Of a stretch of 64,000 nt of DNA, positions 46,708 through 55,551 are shown piece by piece. A program made the translations under genes and the position numbers. How positions within the stretch are numbered: the stretch's first letter is position 1; each line of letters begins with the position of its first letter. Below the pieces are notes generated by a model. The model made no database searches and was not told the DNA's origin. It saw only the letters and a program-made list of their open reading frames with translations. This DNA is from a virus, in IMG/VR virus record IMGVR_UViG_3300032213_003587, positions 52,442-116,441 of that record. One strand, written 5' to 3'.

Positions 46708-47193
46708 TTACTTTATTACAAAGTCCACCATTCCAATTACCTTGGTCAAAACATAACCACCAACAATGCCCGCACCTACCAGAGTATAGCGCCAACGCTC
46801 CAAACTAGCGATTCTATCTTCCAGACTTTTTTGCTTTTCGTTGTGATACCGCTGATCTTCTTTGAGTTCTCGTTTGAGATCTTCGATGCCATTGACTACG
46901 CAGTGCTGCACATTGGATATTTCGGTGCTGAGTTCGCGAGTGGTGGTGGTGATTCTGCTATGCAGTTCTTTGATGTCGGCGTCCATTTCGTGTCTGCGTT
47001 TTTCTAGAAGGTCGAAGATGTCGCTGGTTGCCTTCTCACCGCGTTCCAGCCGCTGGTCATGTACCGCCAGTATTTTGCCGATGTCCGCCGTTACGTCGGT
47101 TAGTTTTTCTATAGCATGGTCTACCCGAGTCAGCAGAGTCTGAGTCTGGACTAGCTCTTGTTCAACCACGGCTATTTGTGTTTCGATAGACAT
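46708..47193 (-). CDS. Coiled-coil protein with C-terminal TM segment (conserved; possibly lysis-related)
   Basis: Heptad pattern, LERWRY then a hydrophobic tail; late promoter immediately upstream. Confidence 0.7.
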   Translation of the reverse strand: MSIETQIAVVEQELVQTQTLLTRVDHAIEKLTDVTADIGKILAVHDQRLERGEKATSDIFDLLEKRRHEMDADIKELHSRITTTTRELSTEISNVQHCVVNGIEDLKRELKEDQRYHNEKQKSLEDRIASLERWRYTLVGAGIVGGYVLTKVIGMVDFVIK

Positions 47194-47197
47194 CGGT

Positions 47198-47205
47198 TAT
47201 TTATA
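47198..47205 (-). promoter_or_regulatory. T4 late promoter TATAAATA
   Basis: Perfect consensus, 4 nt before the ATG. Confidence 0.8.
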
Positions 47206-47207
47206 TG

Positions 47208-48299
47208 TTAACTGTTGTCAATGGTTATTTCATTGACCGTAAGGATGATGCTAGGAATGCTGGGCAAAAATGGTGTGGTTGCTGTTGCTGCCTGACTGGT
47301 TGTGGCTGCTATAAATGTATGTGTTTGATCGGCGACAAACCACATGAGCTCAATGTATTCATTGACATTGGTTGTTCTTATAAAGAAATTCCAACCAGCA
47401 ATAATTGCTCCATCGACATTTCCCTGCTTGCCTGGCACGGTTATCTGACTATTAGTTTGTTGTATATCCATGCCGTTTTGCCGATACCAGATAAACACTG
47501 GATCAATGGCATTGCCACTGTTGACAAGTTGTGCACTAAACTGCAGATTATAGGTACCAGGATGAGCAATGACAATGCGACTAATACTGCTAGTAATGCC
47601 GTTGCTGGTCATGCTTACGCCACGACTATAATCCATGATTTCACATGCAATGGCCGTGGCACTGGTAGCCGAGCTGGTCTGTGTTACATTGCTTTGAAAG
47701 GCACCATAGTAGATGTTTTTAGTGCCATGATCAAATACAAACTTTTTAGTGGGAGCATTGTATCTTAAATACTGACCGTCGTCGATGGTAGACCGATCAA
47801 CATCGTCCAGATATCGCAGGTTTACTTCTCCACCGCCGGGTCCGGTGGCAGCTATTTTGCCCACCCATTCTTTGAGATATTTTACTTCGCGTTCTAGATC
47901 TCGCTGAGGCTGAGCCAACACCGGTTCGGGATTGACCACCGTACTTTCTCGGACATTGCGTTTGATATAATCCGCTACCGCATCCTGAAGTCTAGGCGTG
48001 GGTACGGTTATTTCTAATACCTGATCCGCCGGGGTCTCGGTGAGGGTAACGGGCAAGGCTGCGGGGGTCGCCGCAGCGGGCTCGGGCGATGGTTGAACCA
48101 ACTCATTGATTTCTGCCTTTCTAAACATGGTGTTTAGGTCAGTTGCAATGCGTTCACGAAGATCGGATTCTCGTTTTAATCGTTGTTCTTCATCTCTTTC
48201 TAATATTGCCAATTCTTCAAGTAGACGAGGTGCAGGTTCCTGGCCAAATCTTCGAGCCAGTTCCACCAGTGTTCGTTTTTCTTGAAGTGCACGATTCAT
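47208..48299 (-). CDS. Probable virion fibre/decoration protein with C-terminal beta-sandwich
   Basis: GGGEVNLRYLDDVD linker; YGAF...YNLQFSAQL C1q/BclA-like domain. Confidence 0.6.
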   Translation of the reverse strand: MNRALQEKRTLVELARRFGQEPAPRLLEELAILERDEEQRLKRESDLRERIATDLNTMFRKAEINELVQPSPEPAAATPAALPVTLTETPADQVLEITVPTPRLQDAVADYIKRNVRESTVVNPEPVLAQPQRDLEREVKYLKEWVGKIAATGPGGGEVNLRYLDDVDRSTIDDGQYLRYNAPTKKFVFDHGTKNIYYGAFQSNVTQTSSATSATAIACEIMDYSRGVSMTSNGITSSISRIVIAHPGTYNLQFSAQLVNSGNAIDPVFIWYRQNGMDIQQTNSQITVPGKQGNVDGAIIAGWNFFIRTTNVNEYIELMWFVADQTHTFIAATTSQAATATTPFLPSIPSIILTVNEITIDNS

Positions 48300-48547
48300 T
48301 TACTTGGCTTTTTGCTTTTCTTTTTCTCTGCCGCTGTTTTTGGTACCACCGGTTTATTGGAGGGTTTGGCATTTTTTGCCACAGCTTTTTTAATTTGTTC
48401 GGCCTGCGAACTTTGCACCGTAACTTCAACTTTAGATTGAGTTTGAACCTGGCTCTGTACTGGTGTAGCATCTACACGAGCGGCCAGACGGCTTTGATCG
48501 ATGGGTGGTGTGGCGGGCCAGATAGCGTTGATTAATTTTTTAAACAT
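48296..48547 (-). CDS. Small Lys-rich protein
   Basis: Overlaps both neighbours; basic C-terminus. Confidence 0.6.
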   Translation of the reverse strand: MFKKLINAIWPATPPIDQSRLAARVDATPVQSQVQTQSKVEVTVQSSQAEQIKKAVAKNAKPSNKPVVPKTAAEKKKSKKPSK

Positions 48548-49112
48548 TGGGTTTCTTTCTTCTAAGTATTTTGTTGCGCGTCAATAATCCCATGTCACGA
48601 CCAGCCAAATTAGGATTGGCTACTGGTGTGGCCTGGCTGCTGAATCCAAGCCCCACGGCATTGGATATGCTTACATCCTCCAGGTATTGGCGAAAACCGG
48701 GTACTGCGGATCCGTCAATACCGCGACCTGCGAGAAAGTTTTCTACTACAAACAGTTCTTCTTCCAGATCCAGGGATTCAGTAATAGTTAAAAGACGCGA
48801 TTCAAATTCCGACGGCAAGGGCTCGGCGGTGGCGTCAATGTGTTCTTTGATTAGACTCAGGGCAGCAGCAAAGCTGACTATGCGCTTGTTTTCAATGGGC
48901 ACCTTTTCAATGATGCGTTTGAGGCGATAGATCATGCGATGCAGCAGAGTATAGCTGTCGCGTTCTTCCACGCTGTTTAATTCGGTTTGTTTTTTTAATA
49001 CTCGGCCTTTGGCATCAATGATTCCCAATCTATAGGCATCGGTTTGATCAAAAGGCGTAGTAAGTATCTTTAAAATTCTGTAGGTTATGACAGCATCAAC
49101 AAAGCGAGACAT
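48540..49112 (-). CDS. Conserved T4-like hypothetical protein
   Basis: YRILKILTTPF..TDAY.LGIID.KG, LKRII. Confidence 0.8.
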   Translation of the reverse strand: MSRFVDAVITYRILKILTTPFDQTDAYRLGIIDAKGRVLKKQTELNSVEERDSYTLLHRMIYRLKRIIEKVPIENKRIVSFAAALSLIKEHIDATAEPLPSEFESRLLTITESLDLEEELFVVENFLAGRGIDGSAVPGFRQYLEDVSISNAVGLGFSSQATPVANPNLAGRDMGLLTRNKILRRKKPNV

Positions 49113-49501
49113 TAAATTTTCCTTAGTTTTTCAACAATGGTTTGATCCAAGGGTATCTGGCTTTCTGGTATGCGAATGCCGGTACTAACTATAACGTGCT
49201 GAGGCATGAAGTTTAAAAACACCAGAAAAGTTTTTAAGTAGGTCCAGAGTTCTTGGGGCATGCGAAAAAACAATAAACTGGTGGCAGCTTCCACACCAAA
49301 TACATTGTACAATATCATCAAGTGATTTATAATCAAACGCTCTTTGAGCTCGCCACCGACATGGTAGCGGCCCAGCAGTCGTTTTACGTAGCGCAGACGT
49401 TTTACGTCGTCATGAAATTCCGACAATCCCGAACATCCGGGATTATCGTAATTCTTTATTGCATACATTAAAAAGTTTTCGTCAGTCAATTCAGGCTTCA
49501 T
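49112..49501 (-). CDS. Conserved T4-like hypothetical protein
   Basis: LTDENF.MYAIKNYDNP.C, YVKRL, LKERLIINH, LKTFL.FL. Confidence 0.8.
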   Translation of the reverse strand: MKPELTDENFLMYAIKNYDNPGCSGLSEFHDDVKRLRYVKRLLGRYHVGGELKERLIINHLMILYNVFGVEAATSLLFFRMPQELWTYLKTFLVFLNFMPQHVIVSTGIRIPESQIPLDQTIVEKLRKI

Positions 49502-49505
49502 TGTT

Positions 49506-51158
49506 TTACCAGGTTGTTAACGCTGCACGTCTCCAGGTATCAGTTGCTACACATATGTACACATGGCTTGAACTGTAAGCTAGTTGTCCAGCCGTGCCGG
49601 TGCTGGTTACTGTTACTGGAACACTGGAGGTTGGGCAGGGTATGTTACATATAACTGAATTACCAGAACTATTAAGAATATCACCACCCGCTGATAAAAT
49701 TAATCTATCAGCATTGATGTACTGACTGTAGGAATTTGCGTTTAATGACACCCCTGTAAATGTAGAGTTTGGTTTATCATAAACAGAATGAAGAATAGAA
49801 TAATATCCTCCAAAACTATTTCTTGCTACATTTGATAAATCGGGTATTAGTGTCTGACTATTATTTAATGTTAATACCGATCCAGCACTTTGAGTTATGG
49901 CGTTAGACGTATTAGTAGCAGAGTAGATCAGTGTGTCAGCAAGCTGTAGCGTTCCTGCGGTCAGCGTCACTGGACCCATGCTGATAACTGCTTTGGCCAG
50001 AACTGCAGCAGCGGAATTATTCACAGCAACTGTAAAATAATTACCACCATCCATTACAACTGTGCCATTACCAGTAACACTTAATGTAGCTGTAGATAAA
50101 TCACATCCTCTGAATACTGTGTATGCACTGGATGTCTTTGATACAGCTGTTGATACTGTACTACCTATGATATCAACTGTTCCATTTGCAGAACTAGCTG
50201 TGATAACTAGATTGTTCATTTTTAGACCATCAATGGTACAGCCTTTGGTAATGGTCAGTGTACCAGATAGTGTGGTGTTTTTACCCACCAACTCATGCGT
50301 GGTTAGTACAGTATACTGAGTATCTATGGTTACATTTTCAGTATAATTACCTGGATGCAGAACAATTGTTTTTCTTTCACCAACCCCAGTGGTTTCAAAC
50401 GCTGCTGCAGCCAGTACTTGCGCTCGAGCAATGGTTTTAACTGGATCACCAATAGTTCCATTACCAGAATCATCAAGAGCAACTGGGCTAACATGAACTT
50501 CTGAACTATAACCTGTGATGTATGGACTTACAGCATCTAATTTATTGCTATAGGTTATTTCTTTTGTAGTCTCATTGTACTGCAATACTCTGTTGGTTGC
50601 ATACGCACTAATACTGCTAAATTGTCTGATTGGTGCAACATAAAAACTACTTGTTTGTCCACTAACGCCATTGACCGTACTATCGCTGGCATTAAATATA
50701 ATTGTGTTAGCAGCCTGATTAGTAACACCAGCTCTGTAGCCAAATGATACAGAAGTGTTTGCATTATCTTTTATTTGAGCATTGTTTGGTAATGTTACGC
50801 TTCCAGATGAATTCAGTTGAACAGTAAGACTGGAATACTGTAATTTACTAACTGTAAACGCTGCCAGTGTACTGGTCAAGTTAGCATTTGTGGTGTAACT
50901 AGCCAATGTTGATGTCAAATTAGCATTGGTAGTGTAACTAACCAAAGTACTGGTCAAATTAGCGTTAGTTGTATAGTTAACCAATGTCGCAGTAACATAG
51001 GCCATGGTAGCATACGATGAATTAACCAATGTTGCCAAGCTGGTGACGAAAACATTAACTGCAATTCGTTTGCTTACTCCACCTTGAACCAAGTACAGCA
51101 GGTCGGAATAACCTGCTGTACTTGCTGTGGCTAAGTCGCTGAGTTTAGTATCAGCCAT
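49506..51158 (-). CDS. Tail-fibre/spike-like protein with beta-helix region
   Basis: MADTKLSDL start, Thr/Ser/Asn-rich, GNGTIGDPVKTI..A, YICVATDTWRR C-terminus. Confidence 0.7.
   Translation of the reverse strand: MADTKLSDLATASTAGYSDLLYLVQGGVSKRIAVNVFVTSLATLVNSSYATMAYVTATLVNYTTNANLTSTLVSYTTNANLTSTLASYTTNANLTSTLAAFTVSKLQYSSLTVQLNSSGSVTLPNNAQIKDNANTSVSFGYRAGVTNQAANTIIFNASDSTVNGVSGQTSSFYVAPIRQFSSISAYATNRVLQYNETTKEITYSNKLDAVSPYITGYSSEVHVSPVALDDSGNGTIGDPVKTIARAQVLAAAAFETTGVGERKTIVLHPGNYTENVTIDTQYTVLTTHELVGKNTTLSGTLTITKGCTIDGLKMNNLVITASSANGTVDIIGSTVSTAVSKTSSAYTVFRGCDLSTATLSVTGNGTVVMDGGNYFTVAVNNSAAAVLAKAVISMGPVTLTAGTLQLADTLIYSATNTSNAITQSAGSVLTLNNSQTLIPDLSNVARNSFGGYYSILHSVYDKPNSTFTGVSLNANSYSQYINADRLILSAGGDILNSSGNSVICNIPCPTSSVPVTVTSTGTAGQLAYSSSHVYICVATDTWRRAALTTW
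50863..50985 (-). repeat. Three tandem 39-nt (13-aa) repeats, (Y)TTNANLTSTL
   Basis: VNYTTNANLTSTL / VSYTTNANLTSTL / ASYTTNANLTSTL; boundaries approximate. Confidence 0.85.
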
Positions 51159-51167
51159 TTAACTTCC

Positions 51168-52094
51168 TTAGATAGTTGTTACAACACTTGTGCTACCACC
51201 GTCATTGGCTGCACCAAGAACATCAACAAGTGCAATGCTCAGATCCGATGTAACGGCCAGGGTTCCGTAATTCACCAGACCAATGCTGAGTGTCTGACTT
51301 GTAATGCTCAGAGTCTGGCCAGTGGTATTTGGAGAGGTAAACGCAAAGCGAGCAATGCTTGTACCATCCAATGCACCAGTGCGTGTAGCAGTAATGGTGT
51401 AGCCGCTGGTGTTGGTAGCAGTAACAGTCATTGTACCAGTGGTCGTAGCAGTTACTAGATCATTCCACACCACTACTACGCGTCCAGTGCTACCGGTGCT
51501 GTAGCTATTGGCATCAAAGTATACGCTGGTAATAGTTGCTTGGTTATATGATGTAACCAAGGTGCTGGTACCGTTGGAAACCAAGCCTGCGCTAACTACA
51601 TCGCCGCTGGCAATAGTAAGGTCCGAAGTAACATCGGTTAAACCATAGTCATTTACACCCAGAGTAATGGTCTGAGCCTGCACTGCCAAGGCCGCACTAG
51701 ATACCGGAGCACGGAATTGGAAGTCCAGATAGTTCGGACCCGGTGTACCGTAACGAGTAGCAGTAATATTCGCGCTGTTGGTGAGATCACGCACAACCAA
51801 TGTACCAGTGGTTGTTGGTGTAATGCGTTCGTTCCACACTACACGTACGGTGCTTAACGTACCGACGTTTACATTAGCGTTGGTAAAGTACACCTGGCTG
51901 ATGGTTGCTGCGCCAAGTTTAGTACTGGTTGTTGCACCACCGCTGAGATTGCGAATAGCAACAATAACTTCGTCCAGGCCGTCTGGGCGACGAATCTCCC
52001 AGCCGCGGGTTGTCGCGAAAGTGCGACTTTTTTCTTCAGCGGTCAAGTTTTTAGGCTTGCTCTCATCGCTGGTTGTTGCGCCCCATAATGGCAT
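51168..52094 (-). CDS. Virion structural protein (MPLWG N-terminus, two Ig-like repeats)
   Basis: Internal duplication ATI..VYF...RVVWN...TTTGT...TITATR; AAGGAG SD; GATAAATA late promoter at 52126-52133. Confidence 0.7.
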   Translation of the reverse strand: MPLWGATTSDESKPKNLTAEEKSRTFATTRGWEIRRPDGLDEVIVAIRNLSGGATTSTKLGAATISQVYFTNANVNVGTLSTVRVVWNERITPTTTGTLVVRDLTNSANITATRYGTPGPNYLDFQFRAPVSSAALAVQAQTITLGVNDYGLTDVTSDLTIASGDVVSAGLVSNGTSTLVTSYNQATITSVYFDANSYSTGSTGRVVVVWNDLVTATTTGTMTVTATNTSGYTITATRTGALDGTSIARFAFTSPNTTGQTLSITSQTLSIGLVNYGTLAVTSDLSIALVDVLGAANDGGSTSVVTTI

Positions 52095-52124
52095 GTTACT
52101 TCTCCTTAAAAATGGATTACTGTT

Positions 52125-53120
52125 TTATTTATCGTCGTCGTCTTCACCGGTTTCTTTGGCTTCTTTGCTGCGTGGAGCCGCCGACATGGTTTCCACCTTC
52201 TTGGTGCTGCCATGATAGATGTGACGAGTGCGTTTACCTGCTGGTGTTGTTACTACAAAACTATGATGAGCTTGACCACCTTTGCTGCTAGTGGTTTCAT
52301 TGCTGATCTTATTGCCGGCTTTCCTATGAGCGTCTTTAACTGCCATAAGATCGCTGGCCATGTAGGCTTCTAGAAATACATCTTCGTTCTTGGCTTTGAA
52401 GCCCGCATCCACTTTATTGAAGAACGCCTTCTTTTCTTCGTCGCTCATATCGCCAATGGATTTGCCAGCGGACTTTAATTTAGCACGGAAGTATGCATCG
52501 TAGTTCTTATCGGCTTCGTCGATGCTGTATTCGCGATCTTTGTAGATAATGGTTTCATCTACTGGATCGAAATCTTCCTTCATACGCTGCGGCATCTTGC
52601 TCAGGGTCTCATACTTCTCTTTGGTCTTTTTATGACCAGCGGCCTGCACTTCATCGGCTTCAAATTTTTCTTCTTTTTCTTCTTTGGTCACACCCTGGTG
52701 TACAATCTTATCGATCTCACCGGTGGTGCCCTGCTTGTTGGCTGCATCTAAAGCGTCGTCCATGGCCTTTTTCTTGATGGCCTGTTTAGGATCGATGCTG
52801 ACCGGAGCATTGGTGTTCAGGGCTTCAGCAACCTTTTTGGCCTTTTTCATGCTGTGCATGTGACTTTCAGCCCGCAGGATATTGAGTTCCGCGGTTGGTA
52901 CACCGCGCTCCAGACCGTGTTCGAACATTACATCATACCAGGCAATGTTACCATAGCGGTCTGGATCGGCATGTTCTTCGCTGATGCAGTTGCCCTGACC
53001 CCATTCAGCGTGTTCGACGTGTTTAGCACAGTTATGCACAACCTTGCCGTCGTCCTGCATCATGGTAGCTTCGGCCTGCGCAGCATACATGTTGCGAATC
53101 GATTCTAACAGATTTTTCAT
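52125..53120 (-). CDS. Probable internal head/prohead-core polyprotein
   Basis: Start MKNLLESIR; modules separated by xxE-A/E/D sites; HNCAKHV.H..WG.G domain. Confidence 0.6.
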   Translation of the reverse strand: MKNLLESIRNMYAAQAEATMMQDDGKVVHNCAKHVEHAEWGQGNCISEEHADPDRYGNIAWYDVMFEHGLERGVPTAELNILRAESHMHSMKKAKKVAEALNTNAPVSIDPKQAIKKKAMDDALDAANKQGTTGEIDKIVHQGVTKEEKEEKFEADEVQAAGHKKTKEKYETLSKMPQRMKEDFDPVDETIIYKDREYSIDEADKNYDAYFRAKLKSAGKSIGDMSDEEKKAFFNKVDAGFKAKNEDVFLEAYMASDLMAVKDAHRKAGNKISNETTSSKGGQAHHSFVVTTPAGKRTRHIYHGSTKKVETMSAAPRSKEAKETGEDDDDK

Positions 53121-53195
53121 TTTATTTCCTTTTTTACTATTGACAGTTATTGACAAACCCTATACCATCACGGTGTGGCTATTTAATGATACTAT

Positions 53196-54464
53196 TTAAT
53201 CTTTACTATGCATATTGACGTACCAATGTGCTAACTGCTTCTTTCGTGGACTGGCTGATGCCGATGATCGGATCTTTCTAAGCGCACTTAGACTCTTGCC
53301 TTTTAATCCATGTCTGGCCATGTCGCCACGGTCCTGTGGACGACGTCCGTCTTGAAAGTTTTCTCCGAGCTGATGTCCCAGATGCTGCTTAAACTCATGT
53401 GCGTGTTGCTCATTGGTCAAATCACGATGCTTTTCAGGATTGGTATGACTCATATTGGCAAATTCTTTCATCACTCCTTGTTTAGGGCGATGTGCTGCCT
53501 GAGTACTACCGGTTGTTGTTTTTTCAATGCTCAGCGTACCATTCAATCGTTCCAGGTCATTGTCGCTTAAATGGCCGAGCTTGGTCTTGCCTTTGAGCGA
53601 ATTTTTATTGCCGATGGTGAAGGTGGTGCCGCGCTTTTCTTTTTTATTGTGAATGTGCAGGGTATTGACATTGCTGGAGCGCAAGTAATGCTGTGCCATG
53701 CCCGCAGGTGCTGGTATGGAATACGGACGATCAATTACGCCGTTGGGATGATGTTCGTTGAGATGCTGAAGAATGGGCTTGCCATCGATCTGGGCTTTTT
53801 CCATGTGCGGCGCCAGAGCCTCGTTGGTAAAATGCCAGCCCCGTTCTTTGGTATGCTTTAGGGTACTCTGTCCCATCTTGCCTTTGTCTAACTTGCTCTC
53901 TCCGCGCACCACCGGAGTAGCACCGCCGGTTTTCTTATCTACTTCTGGTACGTGTTTAACCTTGCCACGAACTTCGTTATCGCCGGCGCCATAGTGGAAA
54001 TCATAGCCGTGTTTAGTTGATCCCGCTGCTGTGGTGCCCAAGTGTCGGGCAATGGTGCCTTCCACATCAAAGCCTTCGCGAGTAATTGCCGGCTTCTTCA
54101 AACCTTCGGGCTTGTTCAAAGCAGCCATGCTGATCTGACCGTGCTGTTGGGTATGAGCAATCAAACTATTGTTGGCGCCTTGACTGACATGAGTTACTCG
54201 CACTGGTGTACCTGCGGCGTGTTCGCCCTGCTTGGTTGCCAGAGTAAAGTTGTGTGTAACTCTGGGATCATAGTGAGTGCCATGACCTTCATGATCCATG
54301 CTACCGTGTTGCGCAAATTCATCGGCAGTCTTTTTACGTCCTTCGGCACTCAAGTAAGGCATGACATAGTTTTTAAGATGCCGTAGGCCTTTCTTGTCTG
54401 ATCCAATGGTTCCCACCATTTTATCAGCGGCTTCGTGTAAACGGATGTCTGTAAATAATTTCAT
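53196..54464 (-). CDS. His-rich probable internal head protein
   Basis: Start MKLFTDIRLHEA (capsid-targeting-like); D...ESK possible nuclease motif; C-terminal module KQLAHWYVNM. Confidence 0.6.
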   Translation of the reverse strand: MKLFTDIRLHEAADKMVGTIGSDKKGLRHLKNYVMPYLSAEGRKKTADEFAQHGSMDHEGHGTHYDPRVTHNFTLATKQGEHAAGTPVRVTHVSQGANNSLIAHTQQHGQISMAALNKPEGLKKPAITREGFDVEGTIARHLGTTAAGSTKHGYDFHYGAGDNEVRGKVKHVPEVDKKTGGATPVVRGESKLDKGKMGQSTLKHTKERGWHFTNEALAPHMEKAQIDGKPILQHLNEHHPNGVIDRPYSIPAPAGMAQHYLRSSNVNTLHIHNKKEKRGTTFTIGNKNSLKGKTKLGHLSDNDLERLNGTLSIEKTTTGSTQAAHRPKQGVMKEFANMSHTNPEKHRDLTNEQHAHEFKQHLGHQLGENFQDGRRPQDRGDMARHGLKGKSLSALRKIRSSASASPRKKQLAHWYVNMHSKD

Positions 54465-54466
54465 TG

Positions 54467-55324
54467 TTAGCAGTTCCATTTCCTTAGAGCCAGAGCCTTG
54501 CGTGTTGGACGACCCTTTTCATCTTTCATCGGACCTTTGCTGCCGCCCATTCTAGCGCAGAAACTACGACGTCGACCTGCGGCTTTGCCGTCGGGATCTA
54601 ATTTGCTCGGCGGAGTAGTTACTGCCATGCTCAACTTTGATCCAGGATTGGCTCGGCGATAGCTGGCTATGCCCTTGGCATTCAAACCGCCGCTGGGACT
54701 CTTGCCTTCTTTGCGAGTCCAGGCTGGAGCGGCTTCGCTAAAAGAATTGTAGTGCGCCTGTGCTTCTTTTTTACTTTTAAATCTATGAATTTCTCCGGTT
54801 GGACCGGTAACCTTCCATTCAACATGATCTGAGGTACGGCCTGCGGGTTCGGTAGAACGTTCAATCTTCGGAGTAGTCTTGACTACTGGTCTAATATACT
54901 TTTTAAATCTATCTGCGCTGGTGTTTTCTTTGACCTCGCCCTTTTCGCTCTGCATGTAGTCTGCAGCTGTGCTGATATAATCGGCAGCCAGGGTAATTTT
55001 GCTCTGCACCCATTCAGCCATGTTGGTGTCAGGCTTGAGCATGTCATGTACAGCCTGTGCATTGGCTATGATGCTGCGCAGTTGACTACGGGCCATGTCA
55101 CCTTCGTAATCATATTCCTGCCGTTCCTTGGCTTCACCAATTTCAGTTTCTTCTTTGCGAGCTGCCCAGATATTGTCCACCATGTTGGGATAGGGACGGC
55201 CCGCACTTCGAGCGCGATTACGAGCCCGAGCCTTATCGCTGGGACTTAGTTTGCTGTGATTTTTCACAGGATTGGGTTTATCCCATACTGCTTTTTCTTC
55301 GCGTATTTTTCTTAGATTTTTCAT
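54467..55324 (-). CDS. Modular probable head protein with C-terminal DUF6321-like domain
   Basis: MKNLRKIREE; EGDMARSQL...EWVQSKIT module; WTRKEGK...GGLN.KG...RRSFCARM...ALRKWNC. Confidence 0.7.
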   Translation of the reverse strand: MKNLRKIREEKAVWDKPNPVKNHSKLSPSDKARARNRARSAGRPYPNMVDNIWAARKEETEIGEAKERQEYDYEGDMARSQLRSIIANAQAVHDMLKPDTNMAEWVQSKITLAADYISTAADYMQSEKGEVKENTSADRFKKYIRPVVKTTPKIERSTEPAGRTSDHVEWKVTGPTGEIHRFKSKKEAQAHYNSFSEAAPAWTRKEGKSPSGGLNAKGIASYRRANPGSKLSMAVTTPPSKLDPDGKAAGRRRSFCARMGGSKGPMKDEKGRPTRKALALRKWNC

Positions 55325-55551
55325 GCTCCGTCTCCGTTACCACCGCCGCCGTTTCCGCCGCCACCGGTGCCTCCTCCGCTACCTGATCCGCTGCCTTCGC
55401 CGCTGGGGCTGCTGGCCGTACTTGTTCCACCGCTTTTACTGCTGGCACTTTTGCCGGCCTTGCGACGAGCAAAATGAAAATGCTGGCCTTTGTAGTAGCC
55501 TTTTTCTACTCTCGGTGGTGACTCTTCACGAATCTGTTTAAAAGATTTCAT
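55321..55551 (-). CDS. Small Gly/Ser-rich protein with capsid-targeting-like leader
   Basis: MKSFKQIREE; poly-Gly tail. Confidence 0.6.
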   Translation of the reverse strand: MKSFKQIREESPPRVEKGYYKGQHFHFARRKAGKSASSKSGGTSTASSPSGEGSGSGSGGGTGGGGNGGGGNGDGA

